From: an uncultured Collinsella sp. | GTDB taxonomy: Bacteria; Actinomycetota; Coriobacteriia; Coriobacteriales; Coriobacteriaceae | Assembly (NCBI GenBank): GCA_900548265.1 | Contig: URKG01000006.1 | Coordinates: 12,052 to 76,051, forward strand | Direction: 5' to 3' | Length of the DNA stretch: 64,000 bases | In this document: one piece after another, positions 38,026 to 48,133 of the stretch | Position numbering within the stretch: position 1 is the first letter of the stretch | Layout of the letters: every line of letters starts with the position of its first letter | The notes under the pieces: generated by a model | The model's database searches: none | Told to the model about the DNA's origin: nothing | Seen by the model: only the letters and a program-made list of their open reading frames with translations | Translations under genes and position numbers: made by a program

Positions 38026-38904
38026 ATGACTGCAGAAGATAAGGCAAAGAACGCCGGCAAGGTCGCGCTCGTCCTGGAGGGCGGCAGTTTTCGCGGGCAG
38101 TTTACCGCGGGCGTGCTCGACGTCCTCATGGAGGCTGGCGTCGAGATTCCGGCTGTCTACGGTGTATCGGCTGGCGCCCTCAACGGCGTGAACTACAAGT
38201 CGCACCAGATCGGCCGTGCCAACCGCATCAACCTGGCTTTCTGCAACGACAGCCGCTACATGGGCGCCGCATCGTTTGCGTCCACGGGCTCTATTGTGGG
38301 ATATGACTTTATCTTCAACGATGTCCAGGACCGCCTGGACCCCTTTGACAACGAGACGTTCGACGCGAGCCCCATCGAGATGTACGCCGTTGCGACGGAC
38401 ATGCTCTTTGGAACCGCCACGTACCTGCCGGTCAAAAGCGCCGTACTTGACCTCGACGTCGTGCGCGCCTCGACGTCACTGCCGCTGGTGACGCCGCCGG
38501 TCGAGATTGACGGGCACAAATACGTCGATGGTGGCGTAGCCGATTCGGTCCCCATCGAGCACGTGCTGGAGGAAGCGGGCTTCGATCGCGCGGTTGTCAT
38601 TGTCACGCAGGACCGCTCGTACGAGAAAAAGCCCTACGAGTTTATGCCCGCCGCACGCGCTCGCTATGCCGACTACCCCTACCTGCTCGAGGCTATCGAG
38701 ACGCGCCACGACCGCTATAACATCCAGCGCATGCACCTGTGGAAGTATGAGCGCGAGGGCCGCGCGCTGGTCGTTGCCCCGCAAAAGCCGGTCGAGGTCG
38801 GTCACGTTGAGCACGATTCGGCAAAGCTCCTCGACCTGTATATTCAGGGCCGCCAGGAGGCAAAGCGCCTACTGAGTGATATCGAGGCGTTTGTCGAGCG
38901 CTAG
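38026..38904 (+). CDS. Patatin-family phospholipase/esterase
   Basis: LVLEGGSFRG, GVSAG, DGG. Confidence 0.93.
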   Translation: MTAEDKAKNAGKVALVLEGGSFRGQFTAGVLDVLMEAGVEIPAVYGVSAGALNGVNYKSHQIGRANRINLAFCNDSRYMGAASFASTGSIVGYDFIFNDVQDRLDPFDNETFDASPIEMYAVATDMLFGTATYLPVKSAVLDLDVVRASTSLPLVTPPVEIDGHKYVDGGVADSVPIEHVLEEAGFDRAVVIVTQDRSYEKKPYEFMPAARARYADYPYLLEAIETRHDRYNIQRMHLWKYEREGRALVVAPQKPVEVGHVEHDSAKLLDLYIQGRQEAKRLLSDIEAFVER

Positions 38905-38967
38905 CGTCGCGACGTCATGACCCATGGACGACATGTGCAGAAACTCTGGTCGGAGCCAAAATACCTG

Positions 38968-38995
38968 TTGACTCGAGCGGCGAGCGGGGTAATAT
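38968..38995 (+). promoter_or_regulatory. rplM-rpsI promoter
   Basis: TTGACT-16 bp-TAATAT. Confidence 0.6.
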
Positions 38996-39061
38996 GGACG
39001 GGTTACTTGCAGAGCCCCGTGAATCTCTGTAACAACACGTACTGTACATGGAGGAGTCTAA

Positions 39062-39505
39062 GTGATTTCGAAATCGACTCACTACGCCAAGCAGGGCGAG
39101 GTCCAGCGCAACTGGGTTCTCGTCGACGCCGATGGTGCTGTCCTGGGCCGTCTTGCCACCCAGATCGCAATGATCCTGCGCGGTAAGAACAAGCCCCAGT
39201 TCACGCCCAACAGCGACTGCGGCGACTTCGTTGTCGTCATCAACGCCGATAAGGTCCAGCTTACCGGTAACAAGGCCGACACGAAGACCTATTATCGCCA
39301 CAGCGGCTACAACGGCGGCCTCAAGGCTGAGAGCTTCCGCCAGGCTATGGAGAAGCACCCGGAGAAGGTCATCGAGCGCGCCGTTCGCGGCATGCTGCCC
39401 AAGACCACCCTCGGCCGTGCCCAGATGACCAAGCTTAAGGTCTACGCTGGTGCCGAGCATCCGCACGCTGCCCAGAACCCCACGAAGATTGAGCTGGAGG
39501 CTTAA
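39062..39505 (+). CDS. rplM: 50S ribosomal protein L13
   Basis: [47 protein letters not shown]. Confidence 0.98.
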   Translation: MISKSTHYAKQGEVQRNWVLVDADGAVLGRLATQIAMILRGKNKPQFTPNSDCGDFVVVINADKVQLTGNKADTKTYYRHSGYNGGLKAESFRQAMEKHPEKVIERAVRGMLPKTTLGRAQMTKLKVYAGAEHPHAAQNPTKIELEA

Positions 39506-39507
39506 AG

Positions 39508-39903
<396 letters not shown>

Positions 39904-39933
39904 GGTTTTATCTCCTTACGAGATACAATGTAC

Positions 39934-39978
39934 AAGCGGGGCCTGCCGATTGCTCGGCGGGTCCCGCTTTTCTTTTTC
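39934..39978 (+). terminator. Terminator after rpsI
   Basis: AAGCGGGGCCTGCCGA..TCGGCGGGTCCCGCTT followed by T-rich tail. Confidence 0.8.
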
Positions 39979-40026
39979 GACTAGGGTGGGCGACTGCGTT
40001 TTGCCCACTTGGGAAGGAGCGATCCT

Positions 40027-41364
40027 ATGCCCCAGAACATCTTCGGTACCGATGGCGTCCGTGGCGTCGCCAACGCCGACCTCTCGTGCGACCTTGCATT
40101 TCGTCTGGGCCGCGCGGCGACCAAGTTCCTTGGCCCGGACATTTGCATCGGTCGCGATACGCGTCTTTCGGGCACCATGCTCGAGAGTGCTCTGACCGCC
40201 GGCATTATGGCCGAGGGCGGTCGCCCGCATTGCTGCGGCGTTATCCCTACGCCGGCCGTGGCGCTGCTCACCGTTCAAAACGAGCTCGACGGCGGCATTG
40301 TCATTTCTGCTTCGCACAATCCGCCGGAGTTCAACGGCATCAAGTTCTTTAGTCGTAAGGGCATGAAGCTTCCCGACGCGGTTGAGGAAGAGATCAGCGC
40401 CTGGGTCATGTCCGAGGAGGCCATGGCTGCCGATACGCTGCCGACCGGCGCCGGTGTGGGTCACATCATCAAAATGAAGGACGCCCGCAAGGCCTATGTC
40501 GATCATGCCATCAGCACGCTCGACGGTCTTAAGCTCGACGGCCTGGTTGTTGCTGTCGACTGCGGTCACGGTGCTTCCTGCCAGACCACGCCTGCCGCGC
40601 TGCAGCGCCTGGGCGCCACGGTGCATGCCATCAACACCGATTACTGCGGCACCGACATTAACGTCGAGTGCGGCTCCACGCACCTTGAGCCCCTGCGCGA
40701 GCTCGTGCTGCGCACCCACGCCGATATCGGCCTAGCCCACGACGGCGATGCCGATCGCGTGCTGTTCGTGGACAGTGAGGGCAACGAGATCGATGGCGAC
40801 TACATTCTTGCCATCTGTGGCTCCGACCTGGCCGCTCGCGGCAAGCTCGCCAACTCCGAGATCGTCTCGACCGTCATGTGCAACCTGGGCTTCTCCATCG
40901 CAATGAAGGAGCAGGGCTTTGAGATGGTCCAGACCGCCGTGGGCGACCGCTATGTTCTTGAGCGCATGCTCGAGGACGGTGCCGTTATCGGTGGCGAGCA
41001 GTCCGGCCACATCATCTTCCTGGAGCACAACACCACCGGCGACGGTCTGGTGACGGCCCTGCAGCTGCTGGCCGTGCTCAAGCGCACCGGCCGCACCCTT
41101 ACCGACCTTGCCGGCATCATGAAGAAGTACCCGCAGGTGCTCGTCAACGTGCATTCGGACAACAAGGCCGGCCTGGACGATTGCCAGCCCATTTGGGACG
41201 CCGTCGCTGCCGCCGAGAAGGAGCTCAACGGTCGCGGTCGCATCTTGGTGCGCCCGAGCGGTACCGAGCCGCTGGTTCGCGTTATGGCCGAGGCGGAGAC
41301 GCACGAGCTGACCCAGCGTGTTGTTGACGATATCGTCGAGGTTGTCAAGCGCGAACTTCCCTAA
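40027..41364 (+). CDS. glmM: Phosphoglucosamine mutase
   Basis: FGTDGVRG, ISASHNP, DGDADR, GGEQSGH, RPSGTEPLVRVM. Confidence 0.96.
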   Translation: MPQNIFGTDGVRGVANADLSCDLAFRLGRAATKFLGPDICIGRDTRLSGTMLESALTAGIMAEGGRPHCCGVIPTPAVALLTVQNELDGGIVISASHNPPEFNGIKFFSRKGMKLPDAVEEEISAWVMSEEAMAADTLPTGAGVGHIIKMKDARKAYVDHAISTLDGLKLDGLVVAVDCGHGASCQTTPAALQRLGATVHAINTDYCGTDINVECGSTHLEPLRELVLRTHADIGLAHDGDADRVLFVDSEGNEIDGDYILAICGSDLAARGKLANSEIVSTVMCNLGFSIAMKEQGFEMVQTAVGDRYVLERMLEDGAVIGGEQSGHIIFLEHNTTGDGLVTALQLLAVLKRTGRTLTDLAGIMKKYPQVLVNVHSDNKAGLDDCQPIWDAVAAAEKELNGRGRILVRPSGTEPLVRVMAEAETHELTQRVVDDIVEVVKRELP

Positions 41365-41435
41365 TGGCCAAATACGGGTGCCAAGTGGTAGACTGTTAAG
41401 GTTATTTTGATTGATTGGTATGTCCGAGGGGGAGC

Positions 41436-41933
41436 ATGTTCACTAAAGTCCTTAGGTCTTTTGGTATGCGTGGTCGAGTCCTTACGCTGGATGCTCCCAT
41501 CTCGGGTGATGTCATTCCGTTGTCCGAGGTCAATGACCAGACGTTTGCCACCGGCCTTTTGGGCCAGGGCGTGGCGATTCAGCCTACCGGTACGCGCGTG
41601 ATTGCGCCGGCAGACGCCAAGGTCGAGGCCATTTTTCCCACGGGACACGCCGTTGCGCTCAACACGGTCGATGGCCTAGACGTGCTCATCCACGTTGGTT
41701 TGGACACTGTTCAGCTCGAGGGCAAGCACTTTACCGTACATGCGCAAGTGGGTGACATCGTCCATAAGGGCGATGTACTCATTGAGTTCGATCGCGAGGC
41801 AATTGCTGCCGAGGGCTACGATGTGACGGTTCCCATCTTGGTGTGCAACTCCGTTGAGTTCTCGAGCATCAAGGGTTCCGTTGGCGAGCATGTCGAGGAG
41901 ATGGACCAACTCATCGTCGCTCGCGAGCGCTAG
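41436..41933 (+). CDS. crr: PTS glucose-family EIIA component
   Basis: VNDQTFA..GQGVAIQP, FPTGHA, LIHVGLDTVQLEG. Confidence 0.92.
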   Translation: MFTKVLRSFGMRGRVLTLDAPISGDVIPLSEVNDQTFATGLLGQGVAIQPTGTRVIAPADAKVEAIFPTGHAVALNTVDGLDVLIHVGLDTVQLEGKHFTVHAQVGDIVHKGDVLIEFDREAIAAEGYDVTVPILVCNSVEFSSIKGSVGEHVEEMDQLIVARER

Positions 41934-42205
41934 TGAGCGCGCTCGGCCTTTAGCCTACAATTCAAACACGTTTACGGAGGGCGCCCTTGAAAGAGGACGC
42001 CCTCCGTGGCAAGATGGGATTTGTCCGAAGCTAAACAGCTTTGGGTCACCGTGGACGGGCAGGGGCCTCGACGCGGGTAGACACGAGACATATACATTAC
42101 GCGACCTCGCCCTGGTGGCCGCACACGTTGGTTGCGGCCGACGCGGGCCGCGGGCAAGTGCTTGTAAGGGGAGCCTTGCCTCTCTTGTACGAGAAAGGAC
42201 GCGTA

Positions 42206-42934
42206 ATGAAGATCATTAAAGCTAAAGACTACGAGGATATGAGCCGCAAGGCCGCCAATATCATCTCGGCCCAGGTTATCCTCAAGCCCGATTGCGTGCT
42301 GGGTCTTGCCACCGGCTCCACCCCGATTGGCGCCTACAAGCAGCTCGCCGCTTGGTACGAGAAGGGTGACGTCGACTTTGCCGAGGTCAGCACCTACAAC
42401 CTCGACGAGTATCGTGGCCTTTCGCACGACGATCCCCAGAGCTACCACTACTTTATGCGTGAGAACTTCTTCGATCACATTAACATCGACCTGAACAACA
42501 CGCATGTGCCCGATGGCTCCAATCCCGACGCTGCCGCTGCCTGCTCTGAGTACGACAAGATCGTCGCTGCTGCCGGTTACCCTGATCTGCAGCTGCTCGG
42601 CATCGGTAACAACGGTCACATTGGCTTCAACGAGCCCGATGACCACTTCTCCAAGGGTACGCACTGCGTCGACCTTACCGAGAGCACTATTCAGGCCAAC
42701 AGCCGCCTGTTCGACAGCATCGACGACGTGCCCCGTCAGGCCTACACCATGGGCACCCAGACCATCATGTATGCCCGCATGATCCTGGTCGTCGCCAACG
42801 GCGAGGCCAAGGCACAGGCCGTGCATGACATGTGCTATGGTCCGGTTACCCCCGAGTGCCCTGCCTCGATCCTGCAACTGCACACCAACTGCGTTGTCGT
42901 TGCCGACGAGGCCGCCCTTTCGCTCTGCAAGTAG
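42206..42934 (+). CDS. nagB: Glucosamine-6-phosphate deaminase
   Basis: LGLATGSTP, NLDEY, LGIGNNGHIGFNEP, PASILQLH. Confidence 0.96.
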   Translation: MKIIKAKDYEDMSRKAANIISAQVILKPDCVLGLATGSTPIGAYKQLAAWYEKGDVDFAEVSTYNLDEYRGLSHDDPQSYHYFMRENFFDHINIDLNNTHVPDGSNPDAAAACSEYDKIVAAAGYPDLQLLGIGNNGHIGFNEPDDHFSKGTHCVDLTESTIQANSRLFDSIDDVPRQAYTMGTQTIMYARMILVVANGEAKAQAVHDMCYGPVTPECPASILQLHTNCVVVADEAALSLCK

Positions 42935-42966
42935 CGATAGCCTATCACCTCGACATAGCTTTGCCG

Positions 42967-42994
42967 AAGGCCTCCGCTTTGCGGGGGCCTTTTT
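42967..42994 (+). terminator. Terminator after nagB
   Basis: AAGGCCTCCGC-TTT-GCGGGGGCCTT followed by Ts. Confidence 0.8.
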
Positions 42995-43378
42995 GCTGAG
43001 CGCGCGCCGTGTGCTTGACGAAAATCTTGCCGCGAACTTGACGGGTGCGTCAGGTGCAGCATGATTCATTCCATAACAGATACTATGCATAAATGCTATG
43101 AAAAGGTCGTAGACGGTAGCTGGCGTTAGGTGAGTTGCGCAACACAATTGAACAGCACTCATTTGAGGTACACTGCCAACGGATGGGACAAGCTGGCAAG
43201 CGCATTGACCTGCGCAAAGACTGATTGGTTGGGGGATAAGTTTCAATCGGACCACGCTGAACAAAAACTTGCCATTTGCGTACCAACAAACATCCTAAAC
43301 CGTAGCATCGCTCTATTCATCTAGCGATACATATGGTCTAGCGTTACGGTGTCCATGTGGTCGAGTTGAGGAGCGGGC

Positions 43379-46378
43379 ATGGTTAACGATTTGGGCAATA
43401 CGGACGACCTCGAGCTTATGCCGCTGGGCAGTAGTTATACGGTGCGGCGCGATCGCTTGATGAACGAACTTATCGCCAAGGGCCGAAAAGCCGGCATCGT
43501 AGTCCTCTACGCGCCTGATGGCTTTGGGAAAACCTCGGTGCTGCTGCAGTATGCCCAAGAGGTTAAAAACGATCCGACGCGAGGTCCCGTGCGGATCATC
43601 GAGGCCGACCGCGCCATTGGGCGCGAGGTGTTTATGCAGCTCGAGGTCGTTACCGAAGAGCTTAAGGGCAAGCCGCATTCCCTGATTGCAATCGATAACG
43701 TGCCGAACCTCAGCCAGGGCGAGACCGAGGAGTTGATCGACCGAATCCGAAGCCTGCGTGCTATGGGGGTTGGGGTCTTTATGAGCTGCCGTCCTTCGAA
43801 TCGCCAGCTGATTCATGGACTGGGCGATTCGATTAAAGTTAACGCGCAGATGCTCAAGGTGCATGCCTATGAGTATTCGGCGTGGGCATCGGCGTTTTCG
43901 ATCAGCACATCGCTCGACTTCTATCAGCTTACGCAGGGCGTGCCCGAGCTCGTCTCGGCTATGCAGTCGGGACTATACGGGCAGGGAGACGTTGCCCAGA
44001 TGCTCGAAAACGAGATCGTCAATATCTACGGTGCGGCACTTGTTGATCTGGCGTCGCTCGAGAACAACGCCCTGTTTAGCGTGGCATGCTTGATGGTCTT
44101 AATGGGTGAGGGCAATATTTCGGAGCTCGAGGCATGCGGTGTTAGGCTTTCGGCGATTGACCAGTCCTATCTTGTCCGCGATTATCCCATTTTTGGCGTC
44201 GATCCGGCAGACCGGAGCTTTACCTGCTTGGGTACCGAGGATAACGCACGCCTGCGATTGCGCAAGCTGGTTGCCGAAATTCGCCCCGAACTTGTTGTGC
44301 GGGCGGCACGTATTTTGATTAAAGCAGGGCGCTGCGATACCGCGATGGACCTTGCCGACGCGTTTTTGGACCGCAGTGCGGTGTTGGAGCTTGCCGGGCA
44401 GTATGGGGTCGATCTGGCCCTGACGGGGCATGGAGGGGATGTTTGCCGCGCGGCGCTGGGAAAGACCGAGGCAGATGGCCAGGCATCGGAGCCGACGCCT
44501 GACGAGGCGCTCGGCATCTATCTGGCGGCGGTGAGCGTCTCCAATACAAAGCTCGCGCGGTATATGGCCTCAATTATCGAGCATGCGGGCGAGCAAGCGA
44601 TTTGCGAGCTCGATCCCGTGTCGTGGAAGGTGGCGCACGCGTTTACGGCCGCTTGTTATGGAGATAGTGGTCTGGGGCTTCCGGCAAGCCATACGGCGTT
44701 GGAAAGTGAGGTGTCTTGTGCCGCACTCGACATGCTGTCCGCACATGTCGAGATAAAGCATGGGCTGACCGAGCGGGCGAAGGGTGGTGAGATCCTCGCG
44801 GGACTCAAAACGGATAAGGCCTACGATTGCGAGCTCGATATTGCGGGGACGTTTGTGCGGGCGGACCGCATGTTGACGGAGCTGTTTGATGGGTCGTATG
44901 CAGGGACTGACGAGCGTGATGACGAGATGGCCCTGACGCTCGAGGCGCTCGAAGCGCGTGGAATCCGAGCACTCGCCATCTGGGTGCGCATGGTATTATC
45001 GGCGCGGCGCCTGCTTGCCGGCATGCCGGTGACCGATGAGCAGGCATTCAATGAGCTCGACCGTTTTGCCGTGCGCGTGCGTGACAATCAAGTCCAGTTG
45101 TTTGGCTTGATACTGGAAGGCTGGCAGTCGCTGGCTGAGGGGCGTCCGGTCAATGCCAAATTCCGTGCGGTGCAGGTGCTCAGGCTTGCCGAGGAATCGA
45201 TTGGATACATACGCGACAACGCACTGCTGCTAGAGCGCGCGGCGTACTTACGCAATACATCGATGGTATCGGTGCGCGAAGAGGCAGAGCTGCTCGATTT
45301 GAGTCGGACGCAGGTCGGTGGTGCCGAGGCTTGGATGGTGGCGCTGCATTTGGCCTCCGCGGGCCGCGATAGCGACCTTGCAGCCTGGATGTCCATGAAC
45401 CGCCTAGGGATTTTGGATCCGTCGTATCGGCTGTTTGCGCGCCTTGCGATGCATTGTCTGGGTGAGCCGGCCGCTAGAATTCGAAAGAAGCTCCCGGTGC
45501 GCGAGCTGTCGCGGTATTCGCTGCGTGACGACTTTGAGGGCGAAGGCGAGCGTCTGTTCCAGGCCGGCGATGCCGAGGGTGTCGATGTGATTGGCCATAT
45601 CGAGATCCGCATGTTTGGGGCGTTTCGCGCCGAGCGCGACGGGTTTCCCATCACGGATAAGATGTGGCGCCGCAAGAAAGCGGCGACGCTTGCCGAGCGG
45701 CTTGCGCTGGGCATGGATGCACTGGTCGACCGCGAGACGCTGGCTATGGAGCTGTGGCCCCATGCCGAGTTCAATAGCGCTCGTAACAATCTGTACTCGA
45801 CGATATCGCGCCTGCGTTCGGCCTTGGGGCCGACGCCGGACGGCAAGTCGTGTGTACTGATCCAAAACGAGTGCATTGGGCTTAACGGCGATTACGTCAA
45901 GACTGACGTGCGGTTGTTTGATCAGATAAGCCGCGAAGTTTTGGGAAATCGCACGGGTGCGCGCGGACCCCATCTGATCGAGCTGTGCCTTAAGATCGAG
46001 CAGCTCTACGCCGGCCCGTTGTATGTTCCCAATGGCTGTAATCCCACCTACTTTTTGCGTATGCGGCGCATTATGGAATCGAAGTATATCGACTGCATGA
46101 TTCGGGGCGCGAATGCCGCCCTAGAAGAAAACGACCTGCAGTCGGCGGTATGGCTGGTGGAGTCGGGGCTGCGGCAAGAGACGGCGCGCGAGGACATGGT
46201 GCGTTGCGCTATGCGCGTCTACGGTGCGGCGGGGCGACGACGCGATATCGTCGAGCTGTACAGTGGGCATATGCATCACCTGAGGGAGCAGGTCAATGGT
46301 GTGCCCGAGCCCGAGACGCGGCGTCTGTACGAGCGCTTGGTGGAGGGCAGGCTTAACCGCGTGCTCGTCGAGCGATAA
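43379..46378 (+). CDS. Large regulator: N-terminal MalT-like P-loop, C-terminal wHTH + BTAD activator domain
   Basis: VRRDRL..YAPDGFGKT; IRMFGAFR..WRRKKA..LWP..ARNNLYSTISRLRSALG; TDV..F, LYAGPL, EPETRRLY. Confidence 0.82.
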   Translation: MVNDLGNTDDLELMPLGSSYTVRRDRLMNELIAKGRKAGIVVLYAPDGFGKTSVLLQYAQEVKNDPTRGPVRIIEADRAIGREVFMQLEVVTEELKGKPHSLIAIDNVPNLSQGETEELIDRIRSLRAMGVGVFMSCRPSNRQLIHGLGDSIKVNAQMLKVHAYEYSAWASAFSISTSLDFYQLTQGVPELVSAMQSGLYGQGDVAQMLENEIVNIYGAALVDLASLENNALFSVACLMVLMGEGNISELEACGVRLSAIDQSYLVRDYPIFGVDPADRSFTCLGTEDNARLRLRKLVAEIRPELVVRAARILIKAGRCDTAMDLADAFLDRSAVLELAGQYGVDLALTGHGGDVCRAALGKTEADGQASEPTPDEALGIYLAAVSVSNTKLARYMASIIEHAGEQAICELDPVSWKVAHAFTAACYGDSGLGLPASHTALESEVSCAALDMLSAHVEIKHGLTERAKGGEILAGLKTDKAYDCELDIAGTFVRADRMLTELFDGSYAGTDERDDEMALTLEALEARGIRALAIWVRMVLSARRLLAGMPVTDEQAFNELDRFAVRVRDNQVQLFGLILEGWQSLAEGRPVNAKFRAVQVLRLAEESIGYIRDNALLLERAAYLRNTSMVSVREEAELLDLSRTQVGGAEAWMVALHLASAGRDSDLAAWMSMNRLGILDPSYRLFARLAMHCLGEPAARIRKKLPVRELSRYSLRDDFEGEGERLFQAGDAEGVDVIGHIEIRMFGAFRAERDGFPITDKMWRRKKAATLAERLALGMDALVDRETLAMELWPHAEFNSARNNLYSTISRLRSALGPTPDGKSCVLIQNECIGLNGDYVKTDVRLFDQISREVLGNRTGARGPHLIELCLKIEQLYAGPLYVPNGCNPTYFLRMRRIMESKYIDCMIRGANAALEENDLQSAVWLVESGLRQETAREDMVRCAMRVYGAAGRRRDIVELYSGHMHHLREQVNGVPEPETRRLYERLVEGRLNRVLVER

Positions 46379-46447
46379 AAAATGAGCGTCCGAATTGCTC
46401 GGACGCTCGCAAGCTTGATGTATGTTGGCTCGCCGGATCGTTGGCTC

Positions 46448-46747
46448 TTAGACGAGCTTGATCTTCTCGATGTCCTTGCGCGAGGACTCGCGATACAGCG
46501 AGAACTTGCGGCCGATAACCTGGACGACCTCGGCATGGCAGCGATCGGCGAGCTCTTCGGCGGCCTCGCGGGCGGAAAGGCTGGAACCATCGAGTACGGA
46601 GCACTTAACGAGCTCGTGCTTCTCCAGGTAGGCGACCGTCTGCTCGACGGTGCCCTCGTTGATGTCGGACTTGCCGATGATGATGGCGGGGTTGAGGTGA
46701 TGGGCCATGCTGCGAAGCTGCTTGACCTGGGCTCCTGTCAGTGCCAT
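46448..46747 (-). CDS. yhbY: YhbY/CRM-domain RNA-binding protein
   Basis: LTGAQVKQLRSMAHHLNP..IGK..HELVK..VQVIGRK..LYR. Confidence 0.92.
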   Translation of the reverse strand: MALTGAQVKQLRSMAHHLNPAIIIGKSDINEGTVEQTVAYLEKHELVKCSVLDGSSLSAREAAEELADRCHAEVVQVIGRKFSLYRESSRKDIEKIKLV

Positions 46748-46929
46748 GGGTTCTCGCTTTCTATGTTATGGGGCGCCCCACGATGGGGCCTTAATCTACG
46801 TGAGCTGTCCCACGATAGCGCAGGAACGGCGCGGTGTGGGGCGTGTTTGCCCAGTTCAAAAAGAATGCGGATGCCGAGCGGGAGAACAGCGCGGGTTACA
46901 GGCGGACGTGTACGGCGGCCGAAAGCGGT

Positions 46930-47817
46930 CTATGGACGGCCCGAAGAGACCGGCTCCCATGCAATAAACGCCCAACGGACTTTGCGGACGTGGTCGAGCA
47001 TGTAGCGCCCCTGCGGCACGCCCTTGGACCCCGGCTCGCCGGCATGGGGATTCTCAATCATATGCTGAGCGACGTAGTCGCGCAGACGGTCGATCTTATC
47101 CTCGTTACCGTGCTCGAGCATGCGGGAGAAGTCCGCCACGCCCGCCTCAAGGCTATCGAAGGTATCGCGACGAGGCGATTCAAAGTACGTAACCTGCGGC
47201 AGGGCACCCATCTGAATGAGGATATTAAAGGCATACACAAAGCCATTACTGCAGGTAACCGAGGCACCGATGGCGTTCATCAGGTGCAGGTCATAGCGCG
47301 GGCTGGAGTTGGCGACCATCGTGACAGCACAACGCCGACGAGCCGTTCGATCAAGCTTGGCAAGCGCGCCTTTTAGGTTGGTCGTGGTGACAGAGCGACT
47401 GGCAAAGGCAACATCTACCGCTTTCGCGACCGGTCCAACCAAATCCCAGTCATCATCCCAAGCAAGCTCAAGCGGTGTAATGCAATCCTCGAGCCCATAG
47501 TACTCAATGCCAGCATCAAGCGTGCCCAACATAGCAGGGGAGAAGTCGGCAGCAATCACGGAATGCCCAGCCTGAGCAAGCGGAATAGCAATCGACCCAG
47601 CCCCACACCCCATATCCAGCACGGATTCACCAGGCTTTAACGCCAACAGCTTCATAAAGTCCCGGGCATACGGAGCAGTCTCAAGCGGCCGAAAATGCCG
47701 AGCCCGCTTATCCCACTCAAAAGAATCATCAGCCCGCCGCCGACCAGCCTGCAAGCGCATCCATTCGCCATTCCAATCAGCAGAAAGCAGCTCAGAGCGA
47801 GCATCCCCATCAACCAC
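46930..47817 (-). CDS. Class I SAM-dependent methyltransferase
   Basis: WDKRA..F, VLDMGCGAGSIAIPLA, AADFSPAML, DVAFASRS; RBS AGGAGG before GTG 47817. Confidence 0.88.
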   Translation of the reverse strand: MVDGDARSELLSADWNGEWMRLQAGRRRADDSFEWDKRARHFRPLETAPYARDFMKLLALKPGESVLDMGCGAGSIAIPLAQAGHSVIAADFSPAMLGTLDAGIEYYGLEDCITPLELAWDDDWDLVGPVAKAVDVAFASRSVTTTNLKGALAKLDRTARRRCAVTMVANSSPRYDLHLMNAIGASVTCSNGFVYAFNILIQMGALPQVTYFESPRRDTFDSLEAGVADFSRMLEHGNEDKIDRLRDYVAQHMIENPHAGEPGSKGVPQGRYMLDHVRKVRWAFIAWEPVSSGRP

Positions 47818-47979
47818 GGGCCAACCTCCTAGCAACAAAAAAGCGACTCCTCCCAAAAGAAGAGCCGCAACCAGCATATATCAGAAAGAACCGATCCAAC
47901 GCCAAACCGCCGTATCGACCATGTAGTGCAGGAGCGAAGCAACTGCAACCGGGATAGAACTCAACTGAGATCCCGATGT

Positions 47980-48120
47980 GCGGGAGCCCCGGGGAGGGCA
48001 AATATATAAGGTCGATCGCGAGTTCCGCACGAGCCGGAGAGCACTTAATGTGCTCTCCGTGCGAGTCAGGACTGTCCGAGCAGGCGACCTTATATATTTG
48101 CCCTCCCCGGGGCTCCTCGC
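47980..48120 (-). repeat. Long hairpin element, family D copy 2 (opposite orientation to copy 1)
   Basis: Arms GGAGCCCCGGGGAGGGCAAATATATAAGGTCG / CGACCTTATATATTTGCCCTCCCCGGGGCTCC; minus-strand core ACAGTCCTG..CACATTAAGTG..GTGCGGAACTC. Confidence 0.88.
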
Positions 48121-48133
48121 CAGTCCCCCTCAG

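Noticed and set aside
42100..42160. Bona fide glmS ribozyme
   Set aside because: Only a loose likeness to the 5' core, without the downstream conserved elements; kept only as an unassigned structured leader.
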